Below are positions 56,552 to 62,552 of a DNA stretch of 62,552 nucleotides, piece by piece. The position numbers and the translations under genes were made by a program. The stretch is from an uncultured Burkholderiales Genera incertae sedis bacterium (lineage in GTDB: Bacteria; Pseudomonadota; Gammaproteobacteria; Burkholderiales; Eutrophovitaceae). The notes under the pieces are model-generated. The model searched no databases and was not told the origin of the DNA. It saw only the letters and a list, made by a program, of their open reading frames with translations. The stretch spans positions 1-62,552 of the forward strand of contig CAJQIK010000038.1 in NCBI GenBank assembly GCA_905478365.1, written 5' to 3'. Within the stretch, counting starts at the first letter, position 1. Every line of letters begins with the position of its first letter.

Positions 56552-58269
56552 TTCTGGCGCCAGGCTTTCTCCGCATCATCCCATGCGGCGAGAGCCTGTA
56601 AATCAGGCACCCAAGCTAAGCCGGTTTTCGCATCGGAAGACTTGGCATCAGGAGTTACCAAAACATCTAAAAGCGCTGGCCTATTTTTCATGGCACGATC
56701 AAAGGCGCCGGGCAAGTCGTCTACACTCGATATTCGTTCTGAGTACATACCAAACGACTTAGCCATTTGTGCATAATCTGATACCTGGAGTTTAGTACCC
56801 ACGACTTTGCCGTGCGTATCTGCTTGATCATGTACCTCGATTTGCCACGCTCCGTTATTAGCAACGACAATAAGGACAGGGGCGCTATGTCGTACCGCCG
56901 TATCAATTTCCATGGCATTAAACCCAAAAGCACCATCACCAGTCGCGACAAAAACATCTTTGTTCGGACACGCCAGACTCGCTGCGATACCAAATGAAGT
57001 TCCAATCCCAATACATCCTAAGGAACCTGGGTCTAGATAATTTTTCGCGTTCAAACCAACTCGCGCGAAGGCAAGAAAGTCACCGCCATCGGCCACAACA
57101 ACTCCATCTTCTCCTATATGCTTCTGGAGTTCAGCAAGGACTCGGTTAGGGTGAATACGGCCCTCGGCATCAGAGGGAGCAGTAGCCATCGACTCACTTA
57201 AACGCTGTGCACGTTCCTCATGCTTCTCGCGTAGAGCCTTGATCCATTCTCTATCAGCACTGGACTTTCGATCTCCAATCAAACCGTTAATCGCCTCCAA
57301 CGTCTTAGCTGGATTTGCATTGATCTCTATATCACCACGTCTATTGTCTCGGACTTCAGTTGGTATATCTCCAATACGGACAAATTTTGCAGAACCAAAA
57401 ACAGATGGAGACCCATAGGCGAGTTGAAAATCCAAACGACGGCCCACTGTCACGATGACATCTGCATCGCCCATAACTTTTCCACGCATCGCCGCCACAA
57501 CAGCAGGGTGACTGTCCGGCACGAGCCCTTTGCTTTCTCCCGTATCAAGATATGCGCCGCCAAGCTTATCTAAGAATTCACATAACTCCTTATGCGCTCC
57601 ACGTGCGCCCCTACCGCTGATAACTAAGGGCTTTTTAGCGCTCAATAGAACTTCAATCGCTGCCGTCACATCATCCATATGAGGAAGTATTGGGCGCAGA
57701 ACCTTTGGTCGAAAATGCTCCTCCATTTGAATAACTTTCGGCACTTCATCTCTAAGAACATCCGTCGGAAAATCAAGATAGACGGGGCCAGGTTCACCTC
57801 CTACACCCCGAGCACGTGAAACCGCTTCGTCTAGCTCTTGCAATACCAAACTAGATTGACGAACGGTCCGCGCGTAACGGGTGATTGATTGCACTAAATC
57901 CGTATGCACAATATCCTGAAGTGCACCACGATTTTCTTGTTGCCTAGGAGGCAATCCGGACAGCACGAGTATCGATGCGCGTGCTACGTGTGCATTAGCG
58001 ATGCCGGTCATGGCATTGGTAACACCAGGCCCAGCCGTAACTAACGCAACGCCTAACTTACCCGTTAATTCACTGTGTGCATGCGCCATATAAACGGCTG
58101 CGCGCTCATCCCGCACATCAACAATCTGAATTCCCTCTGCATCAACACGCATCCATATGGGCATAATGTGACCACCGCATAATGCGAAAATTCGATCAAC
58201 GCCTTGAGATTTAAGAAAACGCGCAATCACACCAGCGCTCATATTTTCATTTAATGGCATTAATGACAT
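56548..58269 (-). CDS. Thiamine diphosphate-dependent enzyme (acetolactate synthase / oxalyl-CoA decarboxylase / 2-hydroxyacyl-CoA lyase superfamily)
   Basis: 573 aa with the N-terminal Pyr domain (GVDRIFALCGGHIMP, TAGPGVTNAMTG) and the ThDP-binding motif GDGAFGFN...VVANNGAW (GDG-x-NN). Confidence 0.85.
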   Translation of the reverse strand: MSLMPLNENMSAGVIARFLKSQGVDRIFALCGGHIMPIWMRVDAEGIQIVDVRDERAAVYMAHAHSELTGKLGVALVTAGPGVTNAMTGIANAHVARASILVLSGLPPRQQENRGALQDIVHTDLVQSITRYARTVRQSSLVLQELDEAVSRARGVGGEPGPVYLDFPTDVLRDEVPKVIQMEEHFRPKVLRPILPHMDDVTAAIEVLLSAKKPLVISGRGARGAHKELCEFLDKLGGAYLDTGESKGLVPDSHPAVVAAMRGKVMGDADVIVTVGRRLDFQLAYGSPSVFGSAKFVRIGDIPTEVRDNRRGDIEINANPAKTLEAINGLIGDRKSSADREWIKALREKHEERAQRLSESMATAPSDAEGRIHPNRVLAELQKHIGEDGVVVADGGDFLAFARVGLNAKNYLDPGSLGCIGIGTSFGIAASLACPNKDVFVATGDGAFGFNAMEIDTAVRHSAPVLIVVANNGAWQIEVHDQADTHGKVVGTKLQVSDYAQMAKSFGMYSERISSVDDLPGAFDRAMKNRPALLDVLVTPDAKSSDAKTGLAWVPDLQALAAWDDAEKAWRQN

Positions 58270-58295
58270 TTTTATTCCCGATGTTTATGTTGGAT

Positions 58296-59948
58296 TCATG
58301 CTGAACGAATCTTTTGCTTTTTGCGCGCTCTTAAATCGATCGCACCATCTTGCTCTCGCGGGTCAGTACCCTCAGGAAAAATATGAATCTTTTGCACCTT
58401 AGCTGAAGTACCCAACGGAAGACTATCTAAAAATAACACCCAACCCGGCGCTTTAAAATAAGCGATACGCTCATAACACCAATCAAACAAATCATTTGCT
58501 AACTGTGTCTGGCCTGCTTGATCTACTATATCCTCAGGAGACTTCGCTACCACACAAGCCATGATTTCTTCCTCTCTAACTTCGTCAGGAGCAGCGATAA
58601 CAGCCACTTGCTTCACTCGATCATGAGCAGTCAAACACGCCTCAACTTCAGCAGCCGCAATATTCTCACCTGAACGACGAATAATATTTTTCTTACGATC
58701 TAGAAAATAAAAGAATCCTTCATCATCTTGAATGACAGCATCTCCGGTATGAAACCATCCACTTTTCCAAGCCTCCTCTGTCGCCTCTTCATTTTTTAGG
58801 TACCCTGAAAAAAAACCTTGGCGCGGCTCGTTCGCATTACTCCGTATAACAAGCTCTCCAGGATGGTTGGGTGGAACCTCCTTATCATGGCCATCGAATA
58901 CTCGCGCCTCCACCCATTGACTTTCACGCCCAAAAGATCGCGTATGGATTTTACGAGGCTCGAAGTTATCCGTAATAATCCGCCCCGTTTCCGACATAGC
59001 CCACATCTCGACTACCGGAAAACCGAAACGCTCTTCAAAAGCTTCGTGATGACTAGGCTCAATACCAGCGCAAAGTGCAAATCGAACTTGATGCTGACGC
59101 TCCTCCGGTTGAGCCGGAAGTTTCAACAATATATTTGGAATAATCCCTTGAAACTGAGCAGCTGTTGCTTTTGTTGCAACCAGATCCTTCCACCAAGTGC
59201 TCGCATGAAACCGATCCGGAAAGATTACGCATCCACCACTCATTAGCATCGCAGGCACCGAAATAGATAGACAGTTCGCGTGGTGTAACGGTAATGGATT
59301 ATATAAACGTTCACCAGTATCTCTAAAGTCCAGTCGACCGCCCGCAAAAAGATAGCTTGCTCCAAACGTATGGAAATATTCATTCGTCAATACGCAGCCT
59401 TTCGGCTTCCCTGTCGTACCCGAGGTATAAAGCAAGGCTGCTTCAGTTGCAGCATTTGGAGCATCTTGACGTGGCGCTTTAGGTAACACTGGTAGCTCAT
59501 CAGGAAACGAATCAAATGAAACGACTTTAATTTCAGCTTCGATTTCATCTGAAATATTTAACATGTCGCCCATTCGTGAGTCGACGCAAACCGCTAAGCT
59601 AGCTTCCGAGTGCTCGATAACGTACTTTATCTCGTCGACAAGATAATCAGGATTAATTGGAACAATTCCTGCTCCTAAGGAATTTAACGCGTAATAATGA
59701 AAGAAAAATTCTGGTCTTTGCTCGAATAAAATTGCAACTCGGTGGCCATGTCCTACACCGGCCTTTTGATACACAGATCTCTTAGCGTCAACTCCCGCCA
59801 TTACTTGTTGCCAGGTTATCTCCCATCCCTCTGGGTGATAACTTCTTCCAGCCATGGGCGGTACGCAATAAGCAGCTCGATCAGGATAGCGCTTCACCGT
59901 ATCGCATAACGTATCAAACAGGGTTTTATAATCTGAAATATTCATCAA
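58296..59948 (-). CDS. AMP-dependent acyl-CoA synthetase/ligase
   Basis: 550 aa with the AMP-binding motif YTSGTTGKPKG, plus WFHTGD and the C-terminal lysine region (GTSAKVQK). Confidence 0.85.
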   Translation of the reverse strand: MMNISDYKTLFDTLCDTVKRYPDRAAYCVPPMAGRSYHPEGWEITWQQVMAGVDAKRSVYQKAGVGHGHRVAILFEQRPEFFFHYYALNSLGAGIVPINPDYLVDEIKYVIEHSEASLAVCVDSRMGDMLNISDEIEAEIKVVSFDSFPDELPVLPKAPRQDAPNAATEAALLYTSGTTGKPKGCVLTNEYFHTFGASYLFAGGRLDFRDTGERLYNPLPLHHANCLSISVPAMLMSGGCVIFPDRFHASTWWKDLVATKATAAQFQGIIPNILLKLPAQPEERQHQVRFALCAGIEPSHHEAFEERFGFPVVEMWAMSETGRIITDNFEPRKIHTRSFGRESQWVEARVFDGHDKEVPPNHPGELVIRSNANEPRQGFFSGYLKNEEATEEAWKSGWFHTGDAVIQDDEGFFYFLDRKKNIIRRSGENIAAAEVEACLTAHDRVKQVAVIAAPDEVREEEIMACVVAKSPEDIVDQAGQTQLANDLFDWCYERIAYFKAPGWVLFLDSLPLGTSAKVQKIHIFPEGTDPREQDGAIDLRARKKQKIRSA

Positions 59949-59979
59949 TCATTTCCTACTAAGCACAGTAAATCTCAAA

Positions 59980-60633
59980 CTAACTTTTTAATCTCTCCTC
60001 TAAGGCGATCAGAGCTTGAGTAATATGCTCACCAGCAAGTCCCTCCGCCTTATTGACGTCTCCCTCAATTACTGCCTCGAGTATTCCGGCATGTTGATCC
60101 CAGATATCGACCGGTGGCTCTCCTTTAAGAAGGACTTGGCCCATGACACGCCTTAAAAAATTCCAATGCGACCGACTGGTTTCCGCGATCAGTGGATTCT
60201 CTGCAAGTCCATAAATAAAAAAATGGAAATCAACATCAGCGGCAATTAATTCCGCGATTGAACCGCTTTTTAGCGCTCGTTGACCGGCCTCCAAGTACTC
60301 TGGCCCTTCCTCGGACGCGGATTTAGAACCTCTCTCAGCCGCTTTGGCGGTCGCTAGCTTATCAATCGCAGCACGCACCTCGTATAAATCTCTAACAAAA
60401 TCTAATTCTAACGGTGCAACTATCAAACCTCGCCCCGATGCGTCCCTAACTAAGCCATCGCTACGCAGTAATAACAAAGCTTGTTGGACGGGTTGACGCG
60501 ATACGCCTAAAGACTCCGCAATTTCTTCCTGCTTCAATCTTCTCAGATTATCAAACTTACCTTCGGTAATATCAGACAAGATCGCTTCGTAAACTTGGTC
60601 GACCAACGTGGGCTGCGGCTTTAGTTTGTTCAT
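59980..60633 (-). CDS. GntR-family transcriptional regulator, FadR/FCD subfamily
   Basis: 217 aa with an N-terminal winged HTH (LKQEEIAESLGVSRQPVQQALLLLRSDGLV) and an all-helical FCD-type C-terminal domain (DFHFFIY...HAGILEAV). Confidence 0.85.
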   Translation of the reverse strand: MNKLKPQPTLVDQVYEAILSDITEGKFDNLRRLKQEEIAESLGVSRQPVQQALLLLRSDGLVRDASGRGLIVAPLELDFVRDLYEVRAAIDKLATAKAAERGSKSASEEGPEYLEAGQRALKSGSIAELIAADVDFHFFIYGLAENPLIAETSRSHWNFLRRVMGQVLLKGEPPVDIWDQHAGILEAVIEGDVNKAEGLAGEHITQALIALEERLKS

Positions 60634-60709
60634 GTACGATCCGATATGTTTAACGCTTGGCGGAAAAAAACTAAGATCGAGATCATAACACTTCGAATTC
60701 TGTATTCAA

Positions 60710-60723
60710 AGCCCAGGCGGGCT
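60710..60723 (-). other. Small GC hairpin between the carboxylase stop and gntR
   Basis: On the minus strand AGCCC-GCCT-GGGCT lies 7 nt after the carboxylase stop. There is no real U-tract, so it is at best a weak attenuator or processing site. Confidence 0.25.
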
Positions 60724-60730
60724 AACAAAA

Positions 60731-62552
60731 TCACCACGGATCAATATACGGGTGCTTCTTGCCCTCTCGCTTTTTAAGTGGAGGCAACGCATTCAAACCA
60801 CTTATGATCCAAGCTCGCGTGTCTGCCGGGTCAATAATCTCATCAACACCGCCACTACTTGCTGCGTTCACAGCCTTAGCATCGTCATAAGCTTTTTCCA
60901 CCCTTTGATCGAAATAAGCTCGTCGCTCATCTGAGTCCACGATTTCCATCAGTTCTTTACGAAACGCCAATTTCACAGATCCCTCGATATTCATCGCCGC
61001 GAACTCCGCCGTCGGCCAAGCAACCGTAAAATTCGGCACCCCGGAGCTCGCGCCGCACATTGCTTGGACCCCAAGCCCATAAGCCTTCCGGACAACCACG
61101 CCAAACATAGGAGTCGAAATATTCGCACCAACGTTAAACATTCTAAGCGCATGCCGGACAAGCGCGGTTCGCTCCACATCAGGGCCAACCATTATCCCCG
61201 GACAGTCCATCAAACTAAGTATTGGTATGTCAAAAGCGTCGCACAGCTGAACAAACCGCGCGCCCTTGTCAGCTCCGGCTGAATCAATTGCTCCAGCAAG
61301 ATGATGAGGATTATTAGCAACAACACCTAGAGGTCGACCTTCGACTCTAATAAACCCGGTAATCAAACCGACACCAAACCTCTCCCTAATCTCTAAAAAA
61401 GAATCTACGTCAGCGAGCGTGGTGATAATCTCTCGCATATCATATAAACGCAAGCGATTCTCCGGTACCTCATGCCGAAGCGGCTTTTGATCTGATACCT
61501 CCCAGCCGTCAATGGTCCCTTGAAAGTAAGAGAGGTACTTTTTAGCCGTTTCAACGGCGGCCGACTCGTCTTTCACCAAGATATCGACAACACCGTTGGG
61601 AACCTGAAAAGACATGGGCCCAACTTCCTCGGGGGTGTACACGCCTAAACCACCTCCCTCTATCATTGCTGGCCCTCCCATCCCTAATGTCGCCCCCTCA
61701 GTCGCGATGATTACATCGCTTGAAGCCACTAATGCCGTATTCCCCGCAAAACAACGACCATTAACTATAGCCACTAGAGGCACCAACCCACTTAACTGGG
61801 CGTATTGGGTGAAAGTATCGGTGTCGATTCCAACTTCAATCCCACCGGGGTCCTCCCCTGGTCTTCCACCACCGCCTTCGCCAAATAAAACGACGGGCAA
61901 CTTGAGGCGTTTTGCGAGACTGAACATGCGATCTTGTTTCGCATGATTACGTGCGCCTTGAGTACCCGCAAGAACGGTATAGTCATAAGCAATGACCATG
62001 GCACGGCTATCAGCTTTAAATAAATTTCCGTTAATCGATCCAATGCCGGCAATAAGGCCATCAGCAGGCGTATTTTTTCTCAGTGTATCGATGTCAAATC
62101 GAGTGTGCTGCCTCGCCACGATCAACGGCCAATATTCCTTGAATGTTCCCTCGTCGACAAGTTGAGCAATACTCTCGCGAATCATTCGATACCCAAAAGA
62201 TCGCCGCTTGGAAACCGCCTCTGGTCGATACTCATCCAGGGTAAATGCATGCCGATCAATATTTTCTTGCAAATCTGGGCGAATTAAATCAGGGTCAACC
62301 TTGTTCGGCGTAATCATCCTAGAACTGGAGCCATTCAAACGCTCAATGCGCAATATGAGATCCCCGTCTGATACAACATCACCAGCCGACACGGTTACGG
62401 CCCGAATAATTCCATCAAAATCAGCCGTAACCACATGCTCCATCTTCATTGCTTCAATAACAATAATAGGCTGACCATCACCAACCTTTTCGTCCTTGAC
62501 AACCTCTATCGAAACAACCGTTCCTTTAATGGGAGACACAATACCGACGGCG
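60731..62552 (-). CDS. Biotin-dependent acyl-CoA carboxylase/decarboxylase: biotinyl (BCCP) domain fused to a carboxyltransferase domain; 5' end outside window
   Basis: The reading frame stays open to the window edge (..AVGIVSPIKGTVVSIEV), so the ORF-track M at 62539 is an internal GTG codon. The biotinyl motif is IEAMKMEHV. The following ~535 aa form a two-lobe CT domain (GTQGARNHAKQDR, GFIRVEGRPLGVVANNP, CPGIMVG) homologous to liuB. Confidence 0.8.
   Translation of the reverse strand, partial: AVGIVSPIKGTVVSIEVVKDEKVGDGQPIIVIEAMKMEHVVTADFDGIIRAVTVSAGDVVSDGDLILRIERLNGSSSRMITPNKVDPDLIRPDLQENIDRHAFTLDEYRPEAVSKRRSFGYRMIRESIAQLVDEGTFKEYWPLIVARQHTRFDIDTLRKNTPADGLIAGIGSINGNLFKADSRAMVIAYDYTVLAGTQGARNHAKQDRMFSLAKRLKLPVVLFGEGGGGRPGEDPGGIEVGIDTDTFTQYAQLSGLVPLVAIVNGRCFAGNTALVASSDVIIATEGATLGMGGPAMIEGGGLGVYTPEEVGPMSFQVPNGVVDILVKDESAAVETAKKYLSYFQGTIDGWEVSDQKPLRHEVPENRLRLYDMREIITTLADVDSFLEIRERFGVGLITGFIRVEGRPLGVVANNPHHLAGAIDSAGADKGARFVQLCDAFDIPILSLMDCPGIMVGPDVERTALVRHALRMFNVGANISTPMFGVVVRKAYGLGVQAMCGASSGVPNFTVAWPTAEFAAMNIEGSVKLAFRKELMEIVDSDERRAYFDQRVEKAYDDAKAVNAASSGGVDEIIDPADTRAWIISGLNALPPLKKREGKKHPYIDPW

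Overview
This 62.5 kb window is chromosomal and mostly housekeeping. I call about 61 protein-coding genes and one tRNA (CAT anticodon). I found no rRNA, CRISPR array, integrase, transposase, phage gene or recognisable defence system. The gene order resembles Betaproteobacteria (Burkholderiales-like synteny): miaB-phoH-ybeY-corC-lnt-glyQ-glyS-gmhB-plsC-small lipoprotein-lysA; ubiK-glnK-amtB; gshB-EIIA(Man)-HPr-ptsI-holA-proA; and a lipoyl-domain Lpd. That placement is inference only. Other content: msrPQ, mgtE, a complete leucine/isovalerate (liu) operon, an MBL hydrolase-aldolase-phaC operon and a Prx5-Grx hybrid peroxiredoxin. All product calls rest on motifs and family resemblance read by eye from the supplied translations, with no database search. 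Nothing here is clearly a novel system. The two best leads are both metabolic. (1) At 56548-62552 a same-strand operon, truncated at the window edge, encodes a fused biotin-carrier/carboxyltransferase protein, an embedded GntR/FCD regulator, an acyl-CoA ligase and a ThDP enzyme. (2) At 19182-24409 two tandem paralogous secreted HExxH (gluzincin/M61-like) proteins are followed by a cytoplasmic amidase, which is translationally coupled to a secreted protein of unknown family. Smaller oddities include an acyl-CoA dehydrogenase that appears to lack both canonical catalytic Glu positions and rhodanese/DsbA-like/DUF1289 genes embedded in the liu operon. There is also an AT-rich array of ATCGAT-centred palindromes upstream of the peroxiredoxin gene, an orphan betaine-type binding protein, and a 54-aa lipoprotein gene missing from the ORF track.
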